Assembly (NCBI GenBank): GCA_021323375.2
Contig: JAJPCT020000022.1
Location: 1 to 64,000, forward strand
DNA: 64,000 bases
DNA from: Candidatus Wolframiiraptor gerlachensis
GTDB taxonomy: Archaea > Thermoproteota > Nitrososphaeria_A > Caldarchaeales > Wolframiiraptoraceae
Direction of reading: 5' to 3'
This document shows positions 42,099-51,974 of the stretch, piece by piece. Below the pieces are notes generated by a model, which was not told where the DNA came from, did no database searches, and saw nothing but the letters and a program-made list of their open reading frames with translations. The position numbers and the translations under genes were made by a program. The first letter of the stretch is position 1; each line of letters starts with the position of its first letter.

Positions 42099-43688
42099 AT
42101 GCCGAGGGAGATCATCGGGCATGGAACTTGGATGGATAAGGTGGCTGCTGAGCTTATTGAGAGGGAGAGGAGGCTTGGCAGGAGCCTAGATATGATAAGG
42201 ACTGAGAGCGGGCTCGGGGCTTCAGGGATACCGCATGTGGGTAGTATGGCGGATGCCGTGAGAGCTTATGGTGTAACCCTCGCCCTGAGAGAGCTTGGAT
42301 ACAACTCCGAGTGCATAGCATTCACCGATGATATGGATGGTCTTAGGAGGGTTCCAGCGGGGATGCCGAGAGAGCTTGAGAAGTATCTCCTCAAGCCCGT
42401 CTCATCGATCCCGGACCCGTACGGCTGCCACGAGTCGTTCGCCGCGCATATGAGCGGGATGCTGAGGGATGGGCTTGAGAAGGCTGGGATAGAGTGCAGA
42501 TATATGTCGGGGAGGCAGGCTTATGCCTCCGGGCTCCTAGCCGAGCAGATACATATGATCCTGCTAAATGCTAGGAGGGTTGGGGAGAAGATCGAGGAGC
42601 TAACAGGCCAGACGAAGTTCAAGCAGATCCTTCCATATTTCGCGGTATGCAGGAATTGTGGAAGGATATACACTACGCAGGCCTATGAGTATGATCCCGG
42701 AAGGAGGGTTGTAAGGTATAGGTGTGTTGGTGTGGAGGTTGGGGGGAGGTGGTTTGAGGGGTGCGGCTATGAGGGCGAGGCTGATATCAGGAGGGATGAT
42801 GGCAAGCTCGCCTGGAAGACGGAGTTCGCCGCGAGATGGGCCGCCCTAGACATAAGGTTTGAGGCATATGGAAAGGATATCGCGGACTCCGTCAAGGTGA
42901 ATGACTGGGTCTCGAGGGAGGTTCTGGGATTCGAGCCCCCAATGCACGTGCGGTATGAGATGTTTTTGGACGCATCGGGTAAAAAGATCTCGAAATCCCT
43001 TGGCAACGTCTTCACGCCCCAGCTCTGGTACAGGTATGGGACGCCTCAGAGTCTTCTCCTTCTGCTCTTCAAGCGGGCTATCGGGACCCGGGTGCTAACA
43101 CTCCAGACGATACCCAAGCTCATGGATGAGCTGGACTACTTGGAAGACGTGTACTTCGACAGGGTTAGGGTGGATAATGAGCTGGAAAGAGCTAGGCTTA
43201 AGGGATTATACCTTTACTCCTATCTCTTGAGACCACCTGAGAGGCCGTCGCCCCATATACCGTATTCGCTGATCGTGGAGCTGGCCTTGGTCGCGCCGGA
43301 GGGGAGGGAGCTCGAATTTATCATGGCCAGGCTCCGGAAATATGGCTATGAGCTTGATGAGAGGGCCATGGAGAAGATCAGGCTCGCGATAAACTATGCA
43401 AGAGATCTGGGCGCAGTTGAGAGGAGGCCTGTCGAGTTATCCGAGGAGGAGAGGAGGGCGATCATGGAGCTAATTAGGCTTGTTGAAGCGGCGCAGAGCG
43501 CTGATGAGGTTCAGTCAGCGATCTTCCAAGCGGCGAGGAGCGTGGGCCTAGATCCAAAGGAGTTCTTCAAGAAGCTGTACATGATCTTTTTGGGTAGGGA
43601 GAGCGGCCCAAGGCTCGGCCCTTTCCTCTGGGACCTGGGGAAGGATAGGGTGCTGGAGATCCTTCGCTCAAGCCTTCAGCGAAAATGA
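42099..43688 (+). CDS. lysS: class I lysyl-tRNA synthetase
   Basis: SGIPHVG (HIGH), KISKS (KMSKS), GKD, CxxC and GPRLG motifs. Confidence 0.95.
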   Translation: MPREIIGHGTWMDKVAAELIERERRLGRSLDMIRTESGLGASGIPHVGSMADAVRAYGVTLALRELGYNSECIAFTDDMDGLRRVPAGMPRELEKYLLKPVSSIPDPYGCHESFAAHMSGMLRDGLEKAGIECRYMSGRQAYASGLLAEQIHMILLNARRVGEKIEELTGQTKFKQILPYFAVCRNCGRIYTTQAYEYDPGRRVVRYRCVGVEVGGRWFEGCGYEGEADIRRDDGKLAWKTEFAARWAALDIRFEAYGKDIADSVKVNDWVSREVLGFEPPMHVRYEMFLDASGKKISKSLGNVFTPQLWYRYGTPQSLLLLLFKRAIGTRVLTLQTIPKLMDELDYLEDVYFDRVRVDNELERARLKGLYLYSYLLRPPERPSPHIPYSLIVELALVAPEGRELEFIMARLRKYGYELDERAMEKIRLAINYARDLGAVERRPVELSEEERRAIMELIRLVEAAQSADEVQSAIFQAARSVGLDPKEFFKKLYMIFLGRESGPRLGPFLWDLGKDRVLEILRSSLQRK

Positions 43689-43743
43689 ATACTTATATAA
43701 TGGGCGATCGACAGGATGTCGTCCAAAAGGAGTCGTAAAGGAA

Positions 43744-44151
43744 ATGAGTGAATTGGTAAAGATAAGTCAGTTAAACCCGCGCTCTAGAAACGTAAACCTG
43801 ATCGCGAAGGTTGTCAGCAAGTCGCCGGAAAGGATTGTTTCATCGCAATATGATCAGAAGGAACATAGGCTTAGCGAGGCCCTTATAGCTGATGAGACAG
43901 GAGCGATAAACCTGATCCTCTGGGATGATAGAATAGACGATGTTAAAGAGGGCTCGACGATTAAGGTGACAAACGGCTTCATCAAGCTCTTCAAGGGGAA
44001 GATGCAGCTTAACTTGGGGCGATATGGATCGGTCGAGGAAGTCGATGAGGTCATAGAGGAGGTAAACCTCGATAACAACTTATCAGAGACCCCCCAGCCT
44101 CACATGAGATTTGGCGAGAGAAGACCTCCAAGACGGTTCAGGCGAAGATAG
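43744..44151 (+). CDS. ssb: single OB-fold single-stranded DNA-binding protein
   Basis: IADETGAINLILWD...NG...LNLGRYG with a basic C-terminal tail. Confidence 0.88.
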   Translation: MSELVKISQLNPRSRNVNLIAKVVSKSPERIVSSQYDQKEHRLSEALIADETGAINLILWDDRIDDVKEGSTIKVTNGFIKLFKGKMQLNLGRYGSVEEVDEVIEEVNLDNNLSETPQPHMRFGERRPPRRFRRR

Positions 44152-44225
44152 CCAGTAAAGGCAGGGTTCCGGGCCTCCCGGCGAAACCACTATTTTTATA
44201 TCCTATTTCAAGCTGATAAGATCAC

Positions 44226-45797
44226 GTGGTAGAAGATCTGGACAATAAGGATTTTGAGCTGATAGTTGCTGAGAGCCCGCAAATCGAAATTCCTATACCG
44301 CATGAGAAGCTTCTCTCTTTCATAAAGCTGGTTGAGGATCTAGGCTGGAATAAGGCGAGGATTAAGCGCTATATCACAACAGCTCTAAGATTGAGGGAGC
44401 TTGAGAAACGTTATGGGAAAAGCTATGCAGCCCTAGTCAAGACCTATGAGAAGCTCGTGAGCGACGAGGTCAAGCTCAGATACTCCATCGAGCAGCTCAT
44501 GGAGAAGCGCAGGCAGATGGAAGAGGACTTCAAGCTATATATGGAGCAGTATAAGCTGACCTTAGAGGCTGTTCAGAACGTTGGAAAGCTTGTCGAGGCA
44601 CTAAAGATGAGGGGCCTCGATCTAACCGACCTCGAGAAAGCCTTGAAGGCCCTTAGCTTCATGAAGGAGGCGGGACATGATGTCGAGGAGATCGTGAATA
44701 GACTGAAGAATATCGAGAGCTATGAGGCCTCGATCAAGGAGCTTGAGAGGATGATCGAGGAGATGGAAAAGAGCCTTGAGAATCTTGAGAACGAGAAGAA
44801 AAGGCTTCTCAAGGAGATTGAGGAGATACATGGGTTATCCGGGGATCTAGAGGACTTGAGGAGGGCGCGGGAGGTGCTGGAGGAGAGCATTAAGCAGGCC
44901 GAGGCGGAGCTTAACGAGGTATCTAAGAGGCTGGAGAGCGCTAGATCAGAGCTCGAGACCCTCATCGGATATAGGGCCTCATTCGAGGAGATGCGCAGGA
45001 TGCTCGATGAGCTCGAATCCGAGGTAAATAGGCTTAGGGCTGAGAGGGAGTCGCTCCAGAATGAGGTTGCACAGCTTCTTGGTGCGCGGAATGAGATAGG
45101 GGAGATTAGGAGGAAGCTGGAGGAGGGGCGGTCGAGGCTCGCGGCCATCGAGAAGGAGATCAGGGATAGGCAGTCCTATCTCGAAATACTGGAGGGCGAG
45201 CTCGCGGCCGCTTACTCCATCCTTAAACTCTTCACAGAGCCGGGCGGCGTTGAGGTTGAGGATCTCGAGCCCCTCGTCACACATCTCCAGAGGATCTTGA
45301 AGATTAAGAGGGGTGAGCTCCCGGCCCTGAAGCCCCTTGAGCCCCACATACTAAACAAGGTTAAGGAGGATCTAGCATCGCTGATTATGCCCTATGTGAG
45401 GGGCGAGTTTGTTCCCAAGAGGGCCTTCGACCAGCTTGAGAAGGAGGTTAAGAGATTGAGGGAGGAGAATGAGGCTTTGAGGGAGGAGCTAGAACCCCTC
45501 AGGAAGCTCTTGGAGGCTAGGCCGCCAACCGCACCAGCCGAGCAACCGAAGCCATTTCTCGAGGCTATTACTCCGAGCAGCGAGGTTTTAGAGCTTAAGA
45601 CGCTAGATCGGGGCAAGAGGTTTAGGATAAAGTGCCCATCATGTGGTGAGATATCGGTGGCAATCGCCCCGGCAATCGAAGAGCTTGGGGAGCTCGCGTC
45701 GAAGGGTTGTAAACTGAGGTTTACGTGCAGGTGCGGCAAAACAATAATCATTCCGCCCGATGTTCTCTTGAAGAAACTGGAGGCGGGCGGCGTTTGA
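44226..45797 (+). CDS. long coiled-coil protein with a C-terminal Zn-ribbon
   Basis: About 300 aa of heptad repeats; CPSC...CRC at the C-terminus; no Walker A motif. Confidence 0.8.
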   Translation: MVEDLDNKDFELIVAESPQIEIPIPHEKLLSFIKLVEDLGWNKARIKRYITTALRLRELEKRYGKSYAALVKTYEKLVSDEVKLRYSIEQLMEKRRQMEEDFKLYMEQYKLTLEAVQNVGKLVEALKMRGLDLTDLEKALKALSFMKEAGHDVEEIVNRLKNIESYEASIKELERMIEEMEKSLENLENEKKRLLKEIEEIHGLSGDLEDLRRAREVLEESIKQAEAELNEVSKRLESARSELETLIGYRASFEEMRRMLDELESEVNRLRAERESLQNEVAQLLGARNEIGEIRRKLEEGRSRLAAIEKEIRDRQSYLEILEGELAAAYSILKLFTEPGGVEVEDLEPLVTHLQRILKIKRGELPALKPLEPHILNKVKEDLASLIMPYVRGEFVPKRAFDQLEKEVKRLREENEALREELEPLRKLLEARPPTAPAEQPKPFLEAITPSSEVLELKTLDRGKRFRIKCPSCGEISVAIAPAIEELGELASKGCKLRFTCRCGKTIIIPPDVLLKKLEAGGV

Positions 45798-46192
45798 GTA
45801 GCCGTAAGATGAACCCGATAGTAGTGATGCTCTCATGGAGGGCTAAGAAGCTCAGGGCCGAGGATGTTGAGAGGATACTCTCCGCGGTCGCTTCGATAAG
45901 CGAGGGGCCATTCACGCTCACGGACGTCATCGAGAGGCTCCCAGACGATGTCAAGATCGACAGGAACAAGAGGAGGAGGGTTGGAAATCTCCTCCAAGCC
46001 CTAGTCTCAATAGGATATCTCTCGAAGCCGAGTGAGCGGAAATGGGTTAAAAATGCGCCAACGCTGAGCCACTTCTTGAGCCAGCATCTCTTAGAGCTCT
46101 CATCTATCGAGATGCTCTCCCCGCGTCCTCCACCCGCTGGCGGGAAGGTGATCGGCCGCCGCCAGAAGCTTGATCGTGCATCCGCAACATGA
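45794..46192 (+). CDS. hypothetical winged-helix-like protein
   Basis: TTG start overlaps the upstream TGA; FTLTDV...RVGNLLQALVSIGYLSK...W pattern. Confidence 0.6.
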   Translation: MSSRKMNPIVVMLSWRAKKLRAEDVERILSAVASISEGPFTLTDVIERLPDDVKIDRNKRRRVGNLLQALVSIGYLSKPSERKWVKNAPTLSHFLSQHLLELSSIEMLSPRPPPAGGKVIGRRQKLDRASAT

Positions 46193-46586
46193 TTGAGCCC
46201 CTCCAGCTCAATGGTATCTCGGTGAAGCTCCACTCCCTGTTGAGAAACCTGGCGGCTATGATAGGTTTCGGCCTTATCTCAGCTCCACACTGCGGGCACC
46301 TGACGATAAATAGCTTGCAGAACTCGAGGAGCCTCTCGACCTGGGAACTGTTCAGGAGCACATATGACTTGTTCGTAGATTTTACCTCGATTGCTAGGAG
46401 CTCGCCCGAGTCCACTGCGATCACATCTGGTTTCGGGAGCTTTCCAGAGCCGCTTCCAGGGGTCCTAACAGCATATGTCCCAGGCTTTCCCCTGTCTGCG
46501 AACATCCTCACGAGATAGTACTCGCCCTCATAGCCCATTCTAGCCTTATATCTTGGTGATGACGGGTTTCTCGGCCTCCTCGGCAT
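46104..46586 (-). CDS. hjc: archaeal Holliday junction resolvase (Hjc family)
   Basis: G..GE, VRTPGSGS, PDVIA and IEVKS motifs; contains an inserted CPQC. Confidence 0.8.
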   Translation of the reverse strand: MPRRPRNPSSPRYKARMGYEGEYYLVRMFADRGKPGTYAVRTPGSGSGKLPKPDVIAVDSGELLAIEVKSTNKSYVLLNSSQVERLLEFCKLFIVRCPQCGAEIRPKPIIAARFLNREWSFTEIPLSWRGSIMLRMHDQASGGGRSPSRQRVEDAGRASR

Positions 46587-46668
46587 AATCCCAGCAAGGC
46601 TAATGAGTTTGGTACAGTTATTATGGTTATCTCTTCAGGATTGATGACAAGCTATACCGCGAGATTCC

Positions 46669-48546
46669 TTAGAACTCGAACTCGTATGTTCGAGTTCTTA
46701 CAGCTCCCTGCATGATTGGGTAGAGCTTGGCTAGCGCCTCATCCAGCCCAAGCTCCATCAGCTTCTGCGGAGTTGGTATGCCGTTCTCATCCCAACCTCT
46801 CAGCTCATAATATGTTTTAAGCAACTCGGCGAACTTCTCCCTATCCAAGGTTATTCCCTTGGTCTCTCCCTCCGGCACCGGGTCCTCGAAATCCCTTGCC
46901 GGGAGGGTGTCATCCTTCGCGCATACCCTCTTCCTGAGGTAGGCGATGACCCTTACCAAGTTCCAGACCCTCTCGGAGCACTTGAGAAGATCATCCAGAG
47001 TCGTCTCCCTACCGGTAACCGCGGAATAAGCCTCCGCATAGATGTTTGGGTCGATCTTCAGCTCAACCCATGGAAGCCTGCATACTCCAAGCATGTCGAA
47101 TAATGGCCTGATGTGCTGGAGGTAGATCACCTTCTCAGCCTTATCGCGGCTATAGCTCGCCCGCCCAACTTCGACATCATATGTTATCGCCCAAGACCGA
47201 TTATGATGTGCTCCTATATCGCACGTAGCGTAGCTAAGGGCCATTGCCGTGGCGGCCCTATGATCATATGCACTTATCTCGAGGCCCTTCACATGCATCG
47301 CGAACCTCTCTGAGCCCCGCTTAACATAGCTCGCGACAGCCTTAACGCCCTGTGCTAGGAGGCTCCCTATCCCCCTCCTATAAGCTATCATCTCTATGAG
47401 CTGATAGATCTTCTCGGCTTCCCCCCATGAGATCTCGAAGCCGAGCTCATCCTTGGTTATCAAGCCCCTCTGGAAACACTCTATCAAGAATGCTATAACG
47501 GATCCCGTGCTTATCGTGTCGATGCCATAGTAGTCGCAAAGGTAATTCGCTTTAGCAACCTCCTGAAGCGTCCTTAACCCGAGGTTTGAGCCCAGCATCC
47601 CGAGGTTCTCGTAATCAACGACCACGAAGTCGTCATCAATTCTTAGCGTATGGCCGCATGGTATTATGCAGTTTGCGCAAGCGGAGACATAGACCTGAGA
47701 CTCGTGGACGGCTCTCCCGGAGATCGCGTCAGCATACTCGTAGACGGTCTTCTGGAAGTTGTATGTTGGGAGGGCCTCCACGCCATTAGCCCATTCAACA
47801 GTCATGTTCGTCCCATACTTCATCCAGCTATCATATGCTGGGCTCGACCTAACCTCTTCCATAAGCCTCCTATTCACCTCTCTAAGCCTCTCAGGGTCTG
47901 CGACATCTACGGATCCGCTTCCTCGAGCCACGATCGCCTTGAGGTTCTTGCTGCCCATCACCGCACCCATCCCCGTCCTCCCAGCCTGTGAGTGCCTCCG
48001 CTCCCTAAGCCCCCAATCCACGTTTATCGAGGCATAGACCACCATCTTCTCACCCGCAACCCCTATCGTCGCTATCGAGCAGTCTCCATACCTCTCTCGA
48101 AGCACGCGGTCGGCATCCTTCGAGCTCATCCCCCATAGGCTTGGATCCTCGACCACCTCGACACGCCCATCATCGACTAGGAGGTAGCTCGGTGCATTAG
48201 CCCTACCCCTTATCACCAGCGCATCTATGCCAGCCCTCCTCATCATATAGCCGAGGTATCCGCCGACACTGCTATCTCCATATATGCCAGTCTGGGGGCT
48301 TATTGCCGCGAAGCTCGTCTTGCATCCGCCGAGAAAGCCCGTCGCCGCCAACGGGCCCGTCGCAACCACAAGAACATTTGATGGATGGGTTCCATGAATT
48401 ATCTCATTAAGATTCTCGAAGATTATCTGCGCACACCAGCCCCTCCCGCCAATGAAGTCCCTAATCAGCCTCTCATCAGGATCATAGGTACGCACCCTAC
48501 CCTCCGTCAGATCTATCTCAGCTATCCTGCCATAGCCATGCATCAT
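46669..48546 (-). CDS. second AOR-family oxidoreductase (FOR/WOR-like)
   Basis: GGRG, GAVMGSKNLK, CxxCxxxC, DYEN and DTIS motifs. Confidence 0.92.
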   Translation of the reverse strand: MMHGYGRIAEIDLTEGRVRTYDPDERLIRDFIGGRGWCAQIIFENLNEIIHGTHPSNVLVVATGPLAATGFLGGCKTSFAAISPQTGIYGDSSVGGYLGYMMRRAGIDALVIRGRANAPSYLLVDDGRVEVVEDPSLWGMSSKDADRVLRERYGDCSIATIGVAGEKMVVYASINVDWGLRERRHSQAGRTGMGAVMGSKNLKAIVARGSGSVDVADPERLREVNRRLMEEVRSSPAYDSWMKYGTNMTVEWANGVEALPTYNFQKTVYEYADAISGRAVHESQVYVSACANCIIPCGHTLRIDDDFVVVDYENLGMLGSNLGLRTLQEVAKANYLCDYYGIDTISTGSVIAFLIECFQRGLITKDELGFEISWGEAEKIYQLIEMIAYRRGIGSLLAQGVKAVASYVKRGSERFAMHVKGLEISAYDHRAATAMALSYATCDIGAHHNRSWAITYDVEVGRASYSRDKAEKVIYLQHIRPLFDMLGVCRLPWVELKIDPNIYAEAYSAVTGRETTLDDLLKCSERVWNLVRVIAYLRKRVCAKDDTLPARDFEDPVPEGETKGITLDREKFAELLKTYYELRGWDENGIPTPQKLMELGLDEALAKLYPIMQGAVRTRTYEFEF

Positions 48547-48764
48547 TGATGGTCCGCCAAGGTAAACAATATCCCCCTAATTAATTTATTGCCTCGCATA
48601 CCATGGGCTTAACATCGGCATAGATTTCCCCTAAATTGTTAGGGGGGAGGTTTCCGCCTAGCTTTGTCTTCTCTCCGCCATCAAGACCATAGGTTGTATA
48701 GGTCTCTGCCCTCCACCTATCAGCATCCGTGATCATTAATTAATATCCTTTTATAGAGTGTTTT

Positions 48765-49812
48765 TGCCATTTTCGGGATGGTCCTCAATGAATAAGGGGA
48801 GGGCTCGTATTGGAGGTATGTGTGGGTGTGGATGGCTAGGGTTTATTATGTTGATGTGGCGATTCCCGCTGACAAGAAGAGGGGGAGGCATAAGACGCAT
48901 GCGGTCTTTGATGGGGGCAGGGTTTTCAGGGTCAAGAAGCTGACGGAACTTGAGGGTGCCAGCGAGATATCTGCTAAAGGATATTGCCAAGCTGAAGAGG
49001 CTGAGGATGGAGAATAATATGAGGAAGAGTGATGAGAATGATGCAATGCTACTTGTACAGATTCTAAAGGAGACATTTAGGTCGTTAATTATCAAGGAAC
49101 TAGAGCTTAAAATGAAGATGAGACCATTAGTGAAAGAATATGAGAAAATCATGCGTTAGAGAAGAAGATTGACGACACTAATAAAACACGGCTTCGACTA
49201 CAACTTCAAAGAGTCAATAAGACTTATGAATGTAGCTAGAATAAGGATTTCTGGAAAGATTGCTAGTCAGATAGCCATCCTTCATATACTTCATAATATA
49301 CGAAGAAGTTTATAAGAAGGCTTGTAAAATTCTCGGTCTCAAGGAATAACGCTGAACGCGCAATCCTAGCAATAGAACTACCGCTTCATCTACCACTAGT
49401 AAGACTGAAAGGGCGATATAATCATAGACTGAGAAGGCATATCGCAAGGCTTGCAACAAGCCTTTACAAAAAAAAATGTTAGTTAGTTAGTTTTAGAAAG
49501 AACATAAGATTTTTCGAATGAGATTGCAGAAGTTAGTAATCGCCTGCCAAAGAAGCAGACAATAGTCGGATTAGAACTACTCATTTTGAAAGCACTGCGA
49601 GTAGCATATCTTATGACTGTGAAGCCGCTGGCGGCGAGTAGTAAAAGCCATAAAGGCCGGTAAGGTCGTTGCCGGCATCCCAGCATGGAAGATCCCATGA
49701 ATTCATGTATGGTTTTAGGTTTGATACCTGCCGGCTTTTTATAGTTATGAAGACCGCCAGCCCACCCCGCTTTTAACCTTTTATTAGTAAGGCTTTTCAC
49801 GACCTACAACGT
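48765..49812 (+). mobile_element. decayed IS110/Tas-like element, copy 2 (pseudogene 48832 to about 49641); may extend to 48730-49882
   Basis: MARVYYVDVAIPADKKRGRHKTHAVFDGG..RKSDENDA..RYNHRLR with internal deletions and stops; ends homologous to copy 1. Confidence 0.65.
49627..49761 (+). ncRNA. candidate structured guide RNA of element copy 2
   Basis: Stems GCTGGCGG/CCGCCAGC, AGCCATAAAGGCCGG/CCGGCTTTTTATAGTT and CATGGA/TTCATG; internal-loop strand lengths match copy 1. Confidence 0.55.
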
Positions 49813-49900
49813 TTAAAGGCCCTCCTCGACAAAGTACTAGTAATTCAATTTTCCCAAAACGCCTAAAGCTGGAAAATGATCAAATTAAAGAATTCTCATG

Positions 49901-50203
49901 CTATCTCATGGAGCATTGGCAGGGTTTTGAGCCGCAGGCCGGGCATCCCGACCCATATCTGGCTAAAACAGCGTCCTCAAGATCTATTCCAACCACGTTG
50001 CAGAAGCTGAGAAGCCATGCGAGGAGATCTGCAACCTCGCATTCAAGACCCTTCCTATCATTCTTGAGGAAGGCATCCGCCACCTCTCCAGCTTCCGAGA
50101 GCATCCAGAGAAGCGTCTTTTCAGCACCCCTCCGACTATCACGATCAAGGTAGGTCTCAGCCATGAGTCTTTGAAGATCCCTCAACCTCATGTCAGCGAT
50201 CAA
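49901..50203 (-). CDS. MazG-like nucleotide pyrophosphohydrolase
   Basis: EAGEVA...EVADLLAW; C-terminal CPAC..PC.C. Confidence 0.85.
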   Translation of the reverse strand: MIADMRLRDLQRLMAETYLDRDSRRGAEKTLLWMLSEAGEVADAFLKNDRKGLECEVADLLAWLLSFCNVVGIDLEDAVLARYGSGCPACGSKPCQCSMR

Positions 50204-50241
50204 GATCTAGCATGGCTCTAAAAAACTTAGCTTCAAGGCCG

Positions 50242-51219
50242 TTATCTCACCCCCTGAGCAAGGGTTTGAGGCGGGTTCGAGGCTAGGGCTATCGCGCCAT
50301 ATAAAACAACATCACCTCCAAGCGGCGTGATTATTATCTTAGGAGCCCTATTCGCAGTATATCCCCCTATGTTCGCTATTATCGGCTTGAGCACCAGCTC
50401 CAGGTTATTCAGCGCGATCGAGCCACCGACGGTAATCAGCTCCGGATCATAGAGCGTGTTGACATTGGCGAAGCCTATAGCATTCAGCCTGCCAACCTCC
50501 TCGATGATCTTGAGAGCCCCCTTATCACCCCTCCTTGCCAACTCGAAGAGTGACTTGGGGGTCAGTTCGCCCCTCCCTACAAGATCCTCCACCAATGTTC
50601 CGCAGAAATAATCCGGCCTGCTCTCGATCAGATATTTAGCGAGCTTCGGTATCCCAGAGCCTGAGCAGTATGCCTCCCGATGTCCTCTACCACCACAGTT
50701 GCATGCTAGCCTCTCCTCGAAGTCTATCACCATATGCCCTATCTCAGCGGCGTTTCCATCCTTTCCAATTAGGGGGATGCCATCCACGACCACTCCTCCA
50801 CCGATGCCCGAGCTGAGTGTTATGTAAGCGAGGTTCTTCAACCCCCTGCCGGCCCCAAAGACCCATTCTCCCAAGGCCGCGGTCGTGCAGTCATTAAGCA
50901 GGTAGACTGGAACCCTGAACATATCCCGGAGGGTCTCGACTATATGCACATTCTTGAATGGGACGTTCGGCGGGTTAAGTATCACACCCCTCCAGCAATC
51001 AAGAGGCCCTATCGAGCCTATTCCAATAGCTCTAACCTTATCCAAGTCGTTCGCCGAGACCATTCTTATCAGGCGGATAAACTGCTGGATTACATCATCC
51101 GGGGACTCTGATTGAACAGTCTTCTCCTCAACCCTCCTGAGAATCCCGGATTCAATGTTGCCCAGCGCCGCCCGAATATTCGTCGCGCCCAGATCTACAC
51201 CAATAACAAGCCCCGGCAT
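50242..51219 (-). CDS. ROK family sugar kinase (glucokinase-like)
   Basis: DLGAT, ND, GIGGG, EIGH and CNCG motifs. Confidence 0.9.
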   Translation of the reverse strand: MPGLVIGVDLGATNIRAALGNIESGILRRVEEKTVQSESPDDVIQQFIRLIRMVSANDLDKVRAIGIGSIGPLDCWRGVILNPPNVPFKNVHIVETLRDMFRVPVYLLNDCTTAALGEWVFGAGRGLKNLAYITLSSGIGGGVVVDGIPLIGKDGNAAEIGHMVIDFEERLACNCGGRGHREAYCSGSGIPKLAKYLIESRPDYFCGTLVEDLVGRGELTPKSLFELARRGDKGALKIIEEVGRLNAIGFANVNTLYDPELITVGGSIALNNLELVLKPIIANIGGYTANRAPKIIITPLGGDVVLYGAIALASNPPQTLAQGVR

Positions 51220-51393
51220 ACTCGGAATCAGGAATCAAACTCGCAGCCCTAAACTTTTACACCCCACTAGAATCCTCTCATAAGGCCGCAAAGCAGCTCC
51301 TTCAAGCTTAAGAGAAGAACTCTAGGATGGAAGCTCAATGTAAGTTTGTTCCACCCTTGAAACCTTGATTGTTTGTAAGAGTTGTAAGCTGGT

Positions 51394-51870
51394 TTAGACC
51401 CTCCTTCCTCTTCTTCCACCCTTTCTCCTGACCGAGTCATGGGGTATTGGTGTCACGTCCTCTATCCTCCCGATTATTACTCCTGATCTCGCGATCGCCC
51501 TGATAGCTGCCTGTGTTCCCGGCCCCGGGGTCTTCGCCTTAACCCCTCCAGGTGCCCTCACCCTTATGTGGACAGCCTCTATACCCTTTTGCTTCGCTAT
51601 CTCCATCACATAGCTCGCGGCCCTTGTCGCAGCATATGGTGTCGGCTCAAGCCTTCCAGCATCCACGAACATGCCGCCGGAGGCCCTGGCAATCGTCTCG
51701 GCGCCGGTAAGATCTGTCAAGTGGACGATAATGTTGTTATAGCTCGAGTATATGTGGACGATACCCCATTTAAGGGTCTTCTTGGGCGCTGTAGCTACTG
51801 CCCTCTCAGCTTCCTGAGCTTCCTTCTCCTCCGGCTTCTTCTCAACCTCTTCCGCCTGAGCGCTGCTCAT
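51394..51870 (-). CDS. rps11: 30S ribosomal protein S11
   Basis: [12 protein letters not shown] and [10 protein letters not shown]...GGRRGRRV motifs. Confidence 0.97.
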   Translation of the reverse strand: MSSAQAEEVEKKPEEKEAQEAERAVATAPKKTLKWGIVHIYSSYNNIIVHLTDLTGAETIARASGGMFVDAGRLEPTPYAATRAASYVMEIAKQKGIEAVHIRVRAPGGVKAKTPGPGTQAAIRAIARSGVIIGRIEDVTPIPHDSVRRKGGRRGRRV

Positions 51871-51974
51871 TCTGGGGGCTAGTTGGAGACGCCATATTTA
51901 AGACTTCATCCCCCCTCAAGTGTCCCCGCATCATTTATTACTACGCTATAGCGGCTTTCAGCTAAGTAGGAGGA

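Noticed and set aside
44226-45797. SMC/Rad50 call for the coiled-coil protein
   Set aside because: No Walker A/B or signature motif and no hinge or central hook.
51394-51870. rps11 standing outside the S13-S4-S11-rpoD cluster
   Set aside because: Ribosomal operon splits are common in archaea and nothing else here is unusual.
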